Assembly (NCBI GenBank): GCA_951804945.1
Contig: OX638151.1
Coordinates: 70,184,001 to 70,248,000 of the forward strand
Direction: 5' to 3'
Length of the DNA stretch: 64,000 nucleotides
Source: Podarcis cretensis
Taxonomy: Eukaryota
Shown one piece after another: positions 25,721 through 39,759 of this stretch. Numbering within the stretch: the stretch's first letter is position 1; the number at the start of each line of letters is the position of its first letter. The notes under the pieces were generated by a model. That model saw only the letters and a list, made by a program, of their open reading frames with translations. It made no database searches and was not told the DNA's origin. The translations under genes and the position numbers were made by a program.

Positions 25721-28700
25721 ATACCCTCACTCTTCATTGTATTATTTTTAAGGAGAAATGTCAACCCCACCTAAATTTCTTGTTTTAACCCAAAAATCAA
25801 AAGTGGAGAATATTCAGTATTGCTATTTTTTAAAAAATATTTTATAAATTGCTCTGGTCGTTTACACTGACTATACTGGCTACTCTGTTTTTACAGTTGA
25901 TCATTATCAGCTAGTTTGAAAACTTTTCCAGGCAATCAGTATTTCAGTGCTATCATTGTAACAGGCCATTACATCCCAGCCATTATAAATCTTATTCAAG
26001 GTTCAACAATTCCGACAGGTTGTAGTGTTTAATTCTGTAACCAATTGTGTCAGCTAGGTATACTCAAGGACAAAAGTACCCAAGCATAAAACTTTGAGGT
26101 TAGACATTTTCACAAACCTTCTGTTAATGCTTCACCTTCATATTGACTATTGTAGGTTCAAATGGAAATACAATGGACACAATAGTAATAAGTTTGGGCC
26201 TCAGAAAGGATTTATTCTGGCTCCCTGATGTACATGATCCAACACATGTTTGCAACACACGCCTGCCTCTGTTTTTCACCTCTCCCCTGCCCAAGTATAT
26301 ACTCAAAACTATCTAGGTACACACTGGGTGGGGGGGGGGGAGAGTAGTTTGTGAATCTGCCTTTAGAAACTAGATGTACTTTCACAGCTGAATCACACAT
26401 TACATGCATGGCCCTTGCAAAGTTATACATTTTTAAATCCAGGCTCAATGGGACAAGCTTTAAGTACATGCTTAACTCTCCCATCCAAATCAATAGGACT
26501 CAGAAGCTCTTGTTTTTTTGGCTCAATCATGCCCTGTGTTTTCAATAACGCAATGGGGTTTATGAGAAATGCAAATGTCCAACTTTCTATATGAGTTATG
26601 TGTGTCATGGAATCAGGAATGGCTGTAGCTCCCATCACATGTATGAATGGCAGAAAAAGACACGTTTTCCTACTGTGTAACAGATGACATTGCGATCAGT
26701 TTACTGGCAAAAAGTGGGCAGAAAAATGGAAACCATGGCAAGGGGGAGTTGCAGATAGCCTTGCACAATCCTTCTGAGAACTATGTTCACTTTCTCTTCT
26801 CCTTTTTTGCACATCACTGCCAGTAGCTAAGCCTCTGCAGGCAGCATTTGGCCCTCATTTACAACTGGTTGTGTGCCTGCATAAATGTGATTGAGGCTTA
26901 ATCAACTTTATGGATGCACAACTGCTAATAGAATCTTGCTCATTCTCTTTGCTGTATTTGGCTTTGCATCACTAGCTGAATTAAAAAGCAATAAAAGTGG
27001 GAGGGGGGAGGTTGTCACACACAAAAAATAAGCAAACCTGGCACTTAATGTAAATAGGGAGCAGATATTATCAGAGCAGGATGGTGACTATTCTTTTAAT
27101 AGCTACCTTTCAGAACAGAATGACACTTTGAAAACATTGCATTAACATTGCGCTGAACTTGGGAATAAATGTAAGTACAATGATTTGACGTCAACTCAAG
27201 AGAACAGTGTTTTCGTAAATTTCTGACAAATCTATCTTTAAAGCAGTGACTTGGAAGGCAAAGGCAGATGAAGTTGTATGGCTTCTTCACTCACTGTGCT
27301 GCATGTAGTATTAATGAGCACACTAATTGGAAAGTTGATAACTTTTAACTACTGTTATCTGACGCGCATTGTGAAGTAGAAAAAGAATATACTAGAAATG
27401 CTATTAATAGCTAGGTGGCATCTTCAGGTTGGGAAAACTTTTTAGTTCTGAGGCTTACGAAAGTCTATGTAAGAATGGACAGATTGGTCTATTTCCAGTT
27501 CATGACTGTTTTTTATGTGGTTATTCATAATTTCATTTCATTCCATTTTTTAAAACAAAGGTGTATTTAGAAACATATTTATCTCAGTATACACATTTCT
27601 AGACATATGAATTATCAACACATTTTGGTATGTTTTTCAAGCTGAGACCTGTATCTCAAAAGCTCAAAATCTACACATTAGTGCAGGAAGTGTGGATCAG
27701 GTTAATTCACATTGGAATTCACAAGAAATCAAATTTGTCAAGCATCCCAGTTTGCATTTCACTTATCAACAGCAAATATCCTTGGCCAAGTGACTTCAGA
27801 GCAATTCTGGAAAAGGAATTCTGATTTCTAAAACCACCTTTGACCTGGCAGCAAGCAGCAGCATCAAATTGCTACGTTCTAAATTGGGTCGTGTTGCTGA
27901 TGATTAATATGAAATTTTGTTGAAACGACTTTGCAGTGGTTTTTTTGCATTGGCTTGTTCCATTCCATAATGGTACATTACTTTTACTTAGGAGTCTTTA
28001 TTCATGAATGTGAAAATGATCTAAAAGCATGTCTACTCAACAGCTTGGAGACATAAGGAAGATTAAACAGACAGAACTTTTGCTTCTCAACATCAGCCAG
28101 TGAGCCTGTGATTAATATAACATGTCAAGCATTGTAACACTGCACAGTGTTAGTCTTTTGAGTTTCCACTTTCCTTGTGCAGGAGATGTTACAGATTTGT
28201 TTTATACCAGGTGTACTTCCCAATGGGTGTGCCCCATTGAGTTCCACCATGGTCCACTCCACACCTTAAAGCATCCATTAAAAGCATTTTCTGTATTAAA
28301 CCTTAATCAGTGCGTCATGTGCAGAATGCAGTCACATAATCCTGGGAGAATGGTTTGGTCACAAAACCTTGCTGAATAGACAGGAAGCAGAAAATAAGTA
28401 TCTGCTGCTGTCTAATGCACAATATGGCCCTCAGGCATGCCATTACCGGGACAGTGAAAGGGTGAGGTGAGATGGCAAGACCAGCTCTGGGTTGGTGGTG
28501 GCAGCTTCACAAGTGCATGTGCACCTGTAGGCTGCCACCAATGCCAACCCAAATCTTCCTCAACCTTACCACTGCCTGACCTGCCCCATTCCAGGGAATG
28601 CCCTGCTGGGAAGGTGCCACTGTCAATCTGTCCCCTTCTTCATGAACCACTGCTGGTGGCTCATCATTCAGAGTTCCATGATGCAGAGTTCCCACTTGGT

Positions 28701-29769
28701 CACTTTTTAACCAGCTGGAACAAGGTGGAAACCAGGTGTGCGATTGTTAAGAATAAATGCGAGTACCAACAGAAATGGTGTGATGGCAAAGTGATAAATT
28801 CCATTTCAGCAAAATCCATCTCCATGTGTTGAATAAAGCAAAGCAACCCAACTCGATCCCCCATGGATGATTCAGATCTGTATAGGAAGCCATTTGAAGA
28901 GGGGGTGGGAATCTGGAAGGTGCTCCATATGGCAAGTGATTTGTGTGAGTAGCTGAGATTATTTCTATCGTGCTATTACAAAAACCCCAAAACAGATGTT
29001 TTGCAGTGGTTTGTTTAAAAATGGCCTTAACTGCACTTCCCGCAAGTGGTCGATAACATGCAGGTGCATTCAAAATATTTGCCCACCTGGTGTCTGCATG
29101 CATCAGTCAGACCTTAGAAGAAGCAAATGAGAAAAGTCCAGATCTAAGGAGGATGCAGCTAGAAAAGTAAATTGAAGAAAGGGACTGCTTGTACCTAATG
29201 AATGTTGTGGCCATGTTGCCAGTGGCTGGTTCTGTGCCTTAGCCAAGGCTATGTGGCCTCCCTGTACTAAGATTTAATGGGCACCTCCCAAGAAAGCCCT
29301 TAGGGACTGCACATTAAGATCCACTGTGCCTTGAAAGTGCTCAGCATGTCCCATATTAATAATCAGGGGACAGGAGTACAACCAGCGATTGAGAATTATC
29401 CGCTTGATCCTGGTCTGGGGTGTCTTGAAATTTGTCCAGATTATACAGCTTGGTGGGAAGATGCTTCATCCCAGCTTTTACTTTCCTAGGACAAATTGTC
29501 TTGATTTTTTATGATGAATAGACTTTTCAAGTGTTATAATGGTAGAGCACTGAAAAAGCTGGCTGCCTTAATTATATTCAGCCGCTCTTGTAGCTGTATA
29601 ATTTGTCTCTCTTTTTTGTCGCTGAATGACAGCTACAACTCAGGAATATGCTTTCTTTCTGCTGAAAAAGTCAGCAGAGACCTACGCTGCGCTGGGATGA
29701 AATTCCACCTGCTTACTTTGTATTAACAATGCTTATGTCACCAAATAGCCAGTAATATGCATCTTTCTC

Positions 29770-29990
29770 AACAATAAGCCACTCAAGGGAGATGGCTAAA
29801 GAGGGGCTTGAGTGGCTTGACTAATAATCCTATCCCCTGATACCACTTGTTGGGAATAACTGTGAGGAGAGGCCCTATTGTGTTCATGTCCTGCTTGTGG
29901 ACATCCCATATAGGCAACCACTGTGAGAACAAGATGCTAGACTAAATGGGGTTTTGGCCTCATTCAACAAGGCTCTTATGTTCTTATTCA
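29770..29990 (+). mobile_element. CR1-type 3' UTR fragment
   Basis: ccactgtgagaacaagatgctagactaaatggg...ggctcttatgttctta terminal pattern. Confidence 0.6.
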
Positions 29991-31782
29991 ATGATCTTCT
30001 TAACTGGTGAATCATTCCCATTTCTAAAAGCTCAATTAATTTATCCCAAGCTTCTGAAATAACAAAGTCAAGGGAAAATAGAAGCCAATTATTCCCTGTT
30101 GCTCCAGCTGATATACCCTTGCCTTTAGAACTGAACACACTCTGGCCATTTAGAGTGAACCCAACCAACTGCTTTTACATAAATATATGGGGTGGGGAAT
30201 AGCAACACATGGGAAACCATCACGTTTCCAATTCAAAAATATCTGACTTTCTAATTTAGTTTCCTCCACTTTCCCTTTGAGATTTGTCAAGCAGTATGAA
30301 AGCATGTTTTTGAAAGAAGGGTTGACAGAAAGCCAATAAAAGGACTTAGCTTGGAAAAAGCCACAGTGTTCTGAAGCTGCAGTAATGGCTATGTTACAAA
30401 TGGCTTAATAATTTTGCAGAAACAACTGAAACCCGTAACACAATTGCTTTCCTCCAGCATGGTGAGATAGAAATGAACAGTATCATTTCTGAGCTCTTCA
30501 GAACTAGATTTGGTCTATCAGTTTTGTTTGCAATGTGCCTGGCATATTGTACGCACAGCAAGAAACATATTGCTTTATTTGATAACTTGGCTAGTTTGAG
30601 TAATTGCATATAGCCAAACTTGTTTATTAAGCTACCCTGTGTGTTTACTATGGAAAGGAAGATGTTGCACCCAGTAGAATAATTCCTTCTTATGATAAGG
30701 TCATTTGCACAGAAACAAAACAAATACTACATTGCAAATGCCAAGCCTATTTAAATCCATGCTGAAATTTGAATTTCTTTCAAAGTAGAAAAGAGTATTG
30801 AAACTGTGCTGCTTTTGAAGGACTGACTGCATTCACATTCACCCAGGAACTGCTCTTATTTGTTTTCGCACCAGCACCAGACCAATGAACATTTTGTTAC
30901 TTCCACAGCAGTTTTATTCTCTTTCAAACTAAACTATACCATTCCATGCATGGACAAGAACAACTAACTCTTTATGCAAACATAAGGCTATAAAACCCAT
31001 GATGCATTGTCACTGTATGAAATATGCATGGTTGAAAACATCTGAGGACTCTATAATTTTGAGCAAGGAGTTACAATACTGTCAAGTACATCTGAGCAAC
31101 AAGAATCAGCTGAAATCTGAAAAGCCAAAAAGATTCCCCCCACCCCAGAAATCCCTGCTTGGGGTTGGTATAACCATTTTAAAAACAAAACTCTCCTCCA
31201 GATTCTGCACATATCTATGCAAAACTTCTCAAAGTGGGTTGAGAAGTGATCGATGATCTGATGTAGAGTAAGGCCATCCAATAATTGCTTTGGCACAGAT
31301 TCGGTGTTCACTGTACCACACATCCTGCAATACTGAAAAGGTCATAAATCAGACCAAGTACTGTATGGTTCATTTTCTCTTTGGGACAATTCAGACATTG
31401 TGATAAACCACAGTTTATCAAGCTTTGTGTTTGCATGCTGCTTGGTATCCGATGTGTTCCTGAAGAGAAAATCTGAACCTTTTCACTTCCATTGTAGATT
31501 AACTACAGTTTAGCCTTACAATCAAACCCTAAACTGTGAAAAATCTAAACTATGGTTTGTTGAAAAAAGCTAGCTGCATAATTCATGGTTTGAAGTTGAC
31601 TTGCTTCAAACAATCAAGAGTTTATTGATTTAGATGAAATGACAAGCTGTGGTTAATCAAAAACAGGAGCTAAATCTCCTCCTTGGGGTTGTGGTGGAAG
31701 AGGGGAGGAGAGGAGTGAAAGGGCTAGACACTTACTGTGGCTCATTCCCATCACAATAAAACATGGTTTACATACATACCGG

Positions 31783-31823
31783 TACATACATACATACATA
31801 CATACATACATACATACATACAT
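31783..31823. repeat. (TACA)n microsatellite
   Basis: About 10 units. Confidence 0.95.
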
Positions 31824-33336
31824 CATTTTATTTGTATGCCACATTTCCACAGTTAAAACTGTGCTCTTTGTTTTCATGACTTTTGAACCATCTCTGTGTC
31901 ATATGGTGTACAGTGTATTTCTGCTGATTTGTAACAATATAGTCATCATTCAGATGCAGTTTTCCGATAACAATTGCAGTTATCAATTTGCTATGCCTTT
32001 CGGAGGCAATCCTTTTGTGTTGATGCCCCTTTCCAATATTATACCTCAGGTATAGCCATCAATGGGCTATCAAAGAGTGGCTTGCCATGAAATTTGTTAA
32101 CTATGAATGTGGCATCCTGATTGTCTCAGTATATCACCAGATGTCAATTTGAAATGAAGCACAGTAGTATTAAAACTACCTCTCCTTTTTCATGAATTCA
32201 TGATTTCATTAATAATAACTTCACATGTTGGGTCTACCGTGTAACAAGTTAAGATGATTGTTCACTTTATTGCGGAAAAAATGGTGTCTCTGAACATGGT
32301 GAGATACAAATTAAAATGTTTCCGGTTCATATATCATTACATAGCCATGTTGACATTTGCAAATTTATATTTTATTTTATTTTTTAAATTTGCCTTGTCT
32401 TAAGATGGTTTTCCCTCCCCCCCCCCTCCACCGCCTCCAACTCAGGCATACTTTCATACTTGAAAGTTACATGAAGCTTTACTAGGTGGCATGAATCAGT
32501 CAGCTGGGTGGCAAAAAAGAATATGACATGCTATCAAAAATCTTAACACCTACAGGCAATTCCGTAGACATAAATGAGAATATTAGCATAACATAACATC
32601 CAGCAAAAAGCTTTATATTTTAGTGTCTCAGAAACAAACACAAATGAAAGAATATCTGTGTCAGTTTGTTTTAACTGTGTGTCTACGTGTATAATATTTA
32701 TTCCATATGTATCTGCCTTTCTGAAAATAACCTGTTGTAGCCTAATTAAGTTATGTGTACTAAGCCACTGAGACCGTAATTCTGAAACCGCTTAGCACCA
32801 GTGCTGTCATCCAGTGAGCAGCAAATAAGTCTGTGGCTGCTTTTTCACTAAGTGATGCTAACAAATTCCTTTTTGTTCTAACACAGGGGAGATGAGTGTT
32901 TGGAACATCAGGATATGGCCAATGCAGCATTTTAAAAATCACTATTTTCAGTTATTAGGAATGCCCAAAGAAGTGCAGTTGTCCAACTTGGTCATCGTGT
33001 GTGTGGTTTTCCATGTCTTCCTCAGACAACATCACTCATCAGCCCTGCTGTGTACCCTCCTTGAGAGTTTTTTCTTTTCTCTTTTCTTTTCTTTTCTTTT
33101 TTTGCCTGACTGATGAGGCTTCTTTCTTACCTGGATGGAGGATAGAGAGGGATGTGCGAGTGTGTGCACAAAGAAGCCTGCTGTACAAAGGCCAAATTAG
33201 CATTGGTTGCTCTAACTACTTTTGCTTTTGGCTCCACCCATCACCAGTTACAAGGCTGCTGAGGAAGGAACCTGGTCCATGAGCTGAGAAAGGTTCCCTA
33301 CCTCTGCTCTACATCTATTATACTTTGTTGAGTAAG

Positions 33337-33527
33337 GTTTCATGCACACTAAATATTTATAGGACATCTGGAACACATTCTTTCCCTCAAAGAATTCTGG
33401 GTACTGTAGTTTATTAAGGGTTCTTGGGAACTGTAACTCTGTGAGAGATAGACCAAGGTGGCCAGAGCTCTTTGTGCAAAAGAATGTGTTTCGAACATGT
33501 TTTAAGGGTATCCTGTGCACACAGCCT
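33337..33527. mobile_element. Palindromic MITE (possibly PIF/Harbinger-like)
   Basis: Termini ggttcatgcacac / gtgcacacagcc; internal aacacattcttt / aaagaatgtgtt; body related to 48485-48635. Confidence 0.55.
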
Positions 33528-34416
33528 AAATCAAGACCAGGTTCACAAATGTTCAAGCAAGCCACCATTTATTTCACTTAATAAATGTTCTGTCCCCCCC
33601 ACCTTCTCTGTGAATAGCTGGTTGCAATACTGACACTTTTTGTGGCCTCCAAGGTCTGTTACTACCAATTCTCTTACCATTGGGGAGATGCAAAAACAGG
33701 CAGAGGCTAAGAGAGGAGCTAAAGAAATAATAGATATTTTAAATGGGGCATATTTTCTGAGGTTCTCTGGCAGCTCCTCTGTGTCATCGCACACCTTCCC
33801 AACCTGCAAAGAGGTCTCTTGTTCCCTTGCTTGTTGGAGTTGTGGAGGGAAACACACCGATTGCTGACCTGCTAGCTTGCATGAAGCTGACATTACTGCT
33901 ACTCCAAACCATGAAAAGATGCCCAGCACTGCACCTGTAGCCTGCCCATTTCACTGATGAGCATGGATGTGAAGATCTTGTCAACTACGCTGGCAGGTAG
34001 ATAGCCTCCAAATTTTATTTAGCTCACCGGGGCTCAATAAAACTCCTGCCTTTGTTGCCCAGCTGCTTCAGAGAGCTGGTGTAGCATAGCAACAGAGACC
34101 TAGGGAAAATAAAAACACAATAGCTGCTTTGAGCTTTGCTTCCGCCACACAGCTCACTAGGCAACCCCAAGCAGGTCTTTTGGACTTAGCCCTTGACCTA
34201 TGGTATGGGGATAATACTCCTCACCAGGTCATCTGCGTGAAGCACTTTTGTGCTTTGTAGGGGCTAAATGCTAACTTGGCTTTGCAAACACGGGGGGAAG
34301 TGGGTTGTCAAGCACTTGCAAGGCCCTGATGCATGGCTACGTGGTCTGCAATTTTGGTATTCTGGTGTTGTCGTGAAGCTTGAACAAAATAATAATTAAA
34401 GACAGGTACACTTGTG

Positions 34417-34800
34417 GAAAGGTAAAGGTAAAGGACCGCTGGACGGTTTAGTCCAGTCAAAAGCAGCTATGGGGTTGCAGTGCTCATCTCACTTTCAGGC
34501 CAAGGGAGCTGGCATTTGCCTGCAGACAGTGTTCCAGGTCATGTGGCCAGCATGACTAAACGCTTCTAGCACAGCAGAACACAGTAATAGAAGCCAGAGC
34601 ACACGGAAACGTCATTTACCTTCCCACCACAGCAATGCCTATTTATCTACTTGCACTGGTGTGCTTTCAAACTGCTAGGTTGGCAGGAGCTGGAACAGAG
34701 CAATGGGAGCTCATTCCGTCGCAGGGATTCGAACCGCCAACCTTCCAATCAGCAAGCCCAAGAGGCTCAGTGGTTTAGAGCACAGCGCCACCCGCATCCA
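34417..34800 (-). mobile_element. Sauria SINE, full-length, older subfamily
   Basis: Colinear with the 55663-56026 copy (cctatttatctacttgcac, actgctaggttggcagg, gggattcgaaccgcc); (ACCTTT)n tail; heavy CpG decay; possible TSD ACTTGTG. Confidence 0.92.
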
Positions 34801-36199
34801 ACTTGTGTGTACATTATACTGTAGCATTCTATAAACTGATGTGGGTGGGAACTGAGGTGTAAGGTAGTTTGTTTATTTTTCTTCTTCTTCTTCCTTACAT
34901 TGACTACAGCATCACGTTTATACCACAGTCAGAGAGTGGAACAAGAGGGCATGCATGAATGATGCCGGAGGAAAGCACTTTTGTGTGCAATCCTTCAGAG
35001 AAATTGTTCAAGAACACTTCATCCATGGAACAGATTTCCTCTAATTCTTCAAGGTCGGTGTCTGCATGGGTTATCTGCCAAGTAATTGTCAGTCACTTAT
35101 GCTGAAAAGGAGCGGGGTCATTTTAAAGATCAATAGAAAACACAAACATTTTGTGTCATTTTCTACTTTTCATACGACACTATTAGAAAATTGCTACTTT
35201 GACAAAACACATTAGGAAAATGTACTGTGCTGGCATTTTAACCACTGAGGGAGCCGAGTGGAAAGCAAAATCAGGTGGATGGCAGCAGACTATTTATGCC
35301 AACTGGAAAAAGCTAATTTGTTCCCTTCTGTTCCTGCAGAAATAAGTCCAGACTTGTGCGTTCTTTGGAGCTCCTTAAAACAATACATTTCAATGACAAT
35401 AGAACAATCAGGAGCTTTGAACTGCCCGCCAGTGGAGTTTATCATTTGTCTCCTCTTGACAACAATGTTTTGCCCATTTATGTCCCCAAAGCTCAGGCTA
35501 CCTCCATATTCCAGTGCACAAGATGTTATCAGGAGGGCTAAATAAGAAGCCCTGAAGAGGGTGGCGTCAGCTCTGAGTGACAGAATAAGGAGAGGAGTTT
35601 CTCATATGTTGTCACTATGCTCTTAGCGCCCAGTCGTTCATTCTGTTGTTACTTTCGTATTGGTCTGAGCCTTTGACTATAGCTAGGCAGTTGTCCACAC
35701 ATGCTGAAAGAAAATAAACCATTTTTTTTAAAAAAATGTTATAGGTATGTAAATTAACCCAATACAACTATGCTAGGCAATTGTGTTTATTTGCTTTGAA
35801 ATTTTTTAGCCCATTCTTCATCAGTATTGATCCCAGGGCAGATTATAGAAAACAAAATATCAACAAAAGACAATGCAAACAAACAAAAGCAATTAAAAAG
35901 TAATTTAAATAACAGCCATAAGTGCACTCTGAAACAACCTCTAATACTGCAGCTGGCTCCATCCTTCCAGCACTGAACCAGCAGTACAATCCTCATCATT
36001 TCTATTCAGCAGTAAGTTCGGTTGAATCCATTGCAACTTACTGCCAGGCAAGTGAGGACTGCGACCTTAGTTAGCCTCCTCACATATGCCTGGACAAATT
36101 GGTATATTCTAAGTTGGAACTGAAACAAACAAAACCCAAAGTAGGCACCAGACACACCTCATAAATGGAGCACCATCCCAGAGAAGGCCCTTTCCTAGA

Positions 36200-36385
36200 C
36201 ATGTAGGATGCTTCCTCCTACTGAGTCAGACCACTGGTCCATCCAGCTCAGAATAGTTTATTTGGACTAGCAGCAGCCCTCTAGGATTTCAGGCTGGGTT
36301 CCCTCCCAGTCCTACCCAGAGATGCTGTGGACTGAGCCTGAGACCTTCTGCATGCAAGCAGATGCTCTACCACTGAGCTACATAG
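36200..36385 (-). mobile_element. tRNA(Ala)-like headed SINE with CR1-like tail
   Basis: Minus strand begins TGTAGCTCAGTGGTAGAGCATCTGCTTGCATGCAGAAGGTC; related copies at ~15980-16165 and ~63725-63865. Confidence 0.75.
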
Positions 36386-36478
36386 GAGCCTTCCTCCTAT
36401 GGCACTGCATAATGCCATATAATTTATTATGATGGAATATCAAGAAGAGCAATCTTTAGCATACATTATGGCTCAAGT

Positions 36479-36955
36479 AGAGACATCACCTTGCCAACAA
36501 AGGTCCGTATAGTAAAAGCTATGGTTTTCCCAGTAGTGATGTATGGAAGTGAGAGCTGGACCATAAAGTAGGCTGATCGCCGAAGAATTGATGCTTTTGA
36601 ATTATGGTGCTGGAGGAGACTCTTGAGAGTCCCATGGATTGCAAGAAGATCAAACCTATTCATTCTTAAGGAAATCAGCCCTGAGTGCTCACTGGAAGGA
36701 CAGGTCCTGAAGCTGAGGCTCCAATACTTTGGCCACCTCAAGAGAAGAGAAGACTCCCTGGAAAAGACCCTGATGCTGGGAGAGGTTGAGATCACAAGGA
36801 GAAGGGGACAACAGAGGAAGAGATGGTTGGACAGTGTTCTCAAAGCTACCAGCGTGAGTTTGACCAAACTGCGGGAGGCAGTGGAAGACAGAAGTGCCTG
36901 GCGTGCTCTGGTCCATGGGGTCACGAAGAGTCAGACACGACTAAACAACAACAAC
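36479..36955 (+). mobile_element. BovB LINE, 5'-truncated
   Basis: Same BovB C-terminal sequence with a premature TAG (ACCATAAAGTAG); (CAA)n tail; TSD ATGGCTC(A/C)AGT at 36468-36478 and 36956-36966. Confidence 0.94.
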
Positions 36956-38308
36956 ATGGCTCCAGTGCAGCCTCCATCGCTGAACAAGAGGCCCACCTTG
37001 GGGTTATCCTGTTCAGTGCCTTGTTCCATTACTGGACCCAGGTCTGGCGAAAGGTGATAAAGGGACATGGGCAGTCAACATTACATACTGGAAAGGTTGT
37101 CAGTGTGATCAACAAACATTTGTACAGGAAGCCTTCTGAAATCAGTAAATCATTCCCCTCCCCCCCCACACACACACAAAGGGTATTAACTTAACAAGAA
37201 CCTCTTTGCTCCTCTATAGAAAGATCATGCTGGGTAAATATTTCATACAAGCAAAGTTTGATGTGGTTGTCCCCTATCCCCATGGGAATTATTTAGCAGG
37301 ACTCATTGTTTCTGTCTGGTTGCACAGATGTTGCAAGTGAGAGATGTGAGCTGCTGGCCAGCTTCAGGCTCAAGAGACACTTACCTAGACAAGGCAATAA
37401 AAATTACACGGCAAAAAAAAAAAAAAAAGAATTTGCAATTAAATGGCAATGTTCATGTAGAAGAAATAGCAAAACTTCGTGAATTAAGCAAGTTGTATTA
37501 TTTTTAGTGCTATGAATATGTAAAATTATGCAGCCTTTTCATTATATTTTCTGTGGTGAATATTTTATTTCATCTACAACTGGGGAATGCCTCGAATTCT
37601 CTAGCATGGACATTGTTTCAGATTCCATAGTGAATTATGTTCATTACTGACAGCTCAAGGCAGATTCCACAATTCTGAAAACAAATCTTTCTTGCAAGGG
37701 AAAGAGGTACGCTCCATAAGGACTATTGCCACATATTTTCCACCCGTTCCAGTGGGAATTATGTTGAGTATATGTAATCCTAGTTCTTAGTGGATTGTGC
37801 TTTGGAATATTAAGGATGCTGCTTGGCAGTTTCCATTCCTTAACACAACATTTCCATATCAATAATAGCCTTACTATCTCAAACAAGATTTTGGAATTCA
37901 GAATCCTCTAATAATTCCATTCCCAATCTCCTAACACTGTAGCTTGTTATGGTTATCAACAAATTCTACCAACAAAGCTTCGTGTAAATTTCAGCCAATT
38001 CTAAATTATCTCATCTCTAGTATATGATGAGTAAATGGAAATACAGTTTCAATCAATGGGAGATTATCTGGTACGGCAGAAAAATAAATAAATATAAATG
38101 ATCAATGGCCATATGACTTCATTTGACAATATATGACTTGTACAATACTCTGGAGCAGATTTGAGGCAGGAGCTGAATGAGATAAAGTGTATTGCCAAAT
38201 ATTACTTCACTCCATGTTCCACTGACTGCAGTCTTATTGTCAGTAGAGTAACCTATGGATTTAGTGTATTTATCTTGTCTAACTTGTTGCAAGTCAGAGA
38301 GAAATGTA

Positions 38309-38480
38309 GGAAGCTAGCAATGCTCAGTTGGTTAGAGTGTGGTGCTGATAACGCCAAGGTTGCAGGTTCAATCCCCCTATGGGATAGCTGCATATTCCTA
38401 CATTGCAGGGAGTTGGACTAGATGATCCTCAGGGTCCCTTACAACTCTACAATTCTGTGATTCTATGATCTGATTCTATT
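38309..38480 (+). mobile_element. tRNA(Ile)-headed SINE with CR1-type 3' tail
   Basis: GCTCAGTTGGTTAGAGTGTGGTGCTGATAACGCCAAGGTTGCAGGTTCAATCCCC resembles tRNA-Ile, followed by the CR1 tail GTTGGACTAGATGATCCTCAGGGTCCCTT...(ATTCTRTG)n. Confidence 0.85.
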
Positions 38481-39731
38481 ATACTTTGATACTTCTGTCT
38501 TGCTTATACAATGCACTTCAGTTACTTTTTGAACGCTTTAGATGCATGTTTTTCTTCTTTTAAATGTGTCTGAATAGGAAGGATTTGAAAGGCAGCTGAT
38601 GTTTCTCCAAAGCAATGGGAAACACCAAAAGAATGGCAAACTGTAGAAAAACACAACATTTTCATAGAGAGAACAAGATATGTTCGGGACAGGCTACAGA
38701 GCATCCCATCTTCTTGGCCGAGTTGAAAATAAACACTTTCTACATTTTCTTGCACATTACCAACAAAGGCATGCCATCCTAAGCTTCTTTGGGAAGAAGG
38801 ATGGGATGTAAATATAAACTGAATCATCATCCAAATGATAGGACAGCAAGGTCTAACAGATTCCTATTGTTATGCATCAGGCACAATAGATTTATTGTTC
38901 TACCTAGTGAGCAAAAAAAGATAAGATACACCATATGGCCTCTCACAAATAAAGTGTCTTTAAAAAAAGACTTCAGAAGAAAAGTAAGTATGCAAGTCAC
39001 TTTTACCGCAAGATCTTCAGAGTGTATTTATTCCATGGATAGATGAAAAGGTAAATCTAGGATTTAATGGGCATCCTTATTCAGAACAACAGTGTCATCC
39101 CTGGTTCTGCTCTGGTTAAAATAGTCTTTCTGAGTCCGCGTACAATTAATGATTAACTTCCATTATAGTTGCTCACCAACACTGTGTTGGGATGAAGTTT
39201 TGTCTCTCAATCACTTAGTCAAGGGAAGTTAGTACATGCCTCTAAAGAAATTGAGAGGTAGCTGGAATGTAATTTGTTGTGGCAATGCAATATTTGGATG
39301 TGGGAAACAAGGTTCAAATCCCAATTCAGCTATTTGCTCACTGAACAAGCCACTCTCTCTAAGCCTGAACTAGCTCACAGAGTTGCCATGGGCTAAAATG
39401 CTGCTCTAGATTCCATGAAGTTAAATACAACAGACTGAAATGCTATGACATTTTCCTTAGAGTAGGTCCTACATTACACATATTAATAAGTTGGATTTTT
39501 TTATGATGTAAGTATGTTCTATGTCCTGTCTGTTCTTCATTCATAAGAGACCTGTAATGCCCCCAGTCAAATTTCTATATCTCTGTACCTCTATTACTTT
39601 TCTTTATAAAGTGCCTTTACCTTTCTACAATATAGTCATTCAATGTATACCTGTCTTTAATGCCTTCAGTGTAACATGAATCCATTGTAAATGGTGTGAG
39701 TGAGTTTCATTTGGGGTGGGGAAGCAACTAT

Positions 39732-39759
39732 ACAACAACAACAACAGCAACAACAACAA
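39732..39759. repeat. (CAA)n microsatellite
   Basis: About 9 units with one CAG interruption. Confidence 0.85.

Noticed and set aside
38315-38385. tRNA-Ile gene
   Set aside because: Acceptor stem is degenerate and the sequence runs directly into a CR1 tail, so it is a SINE.
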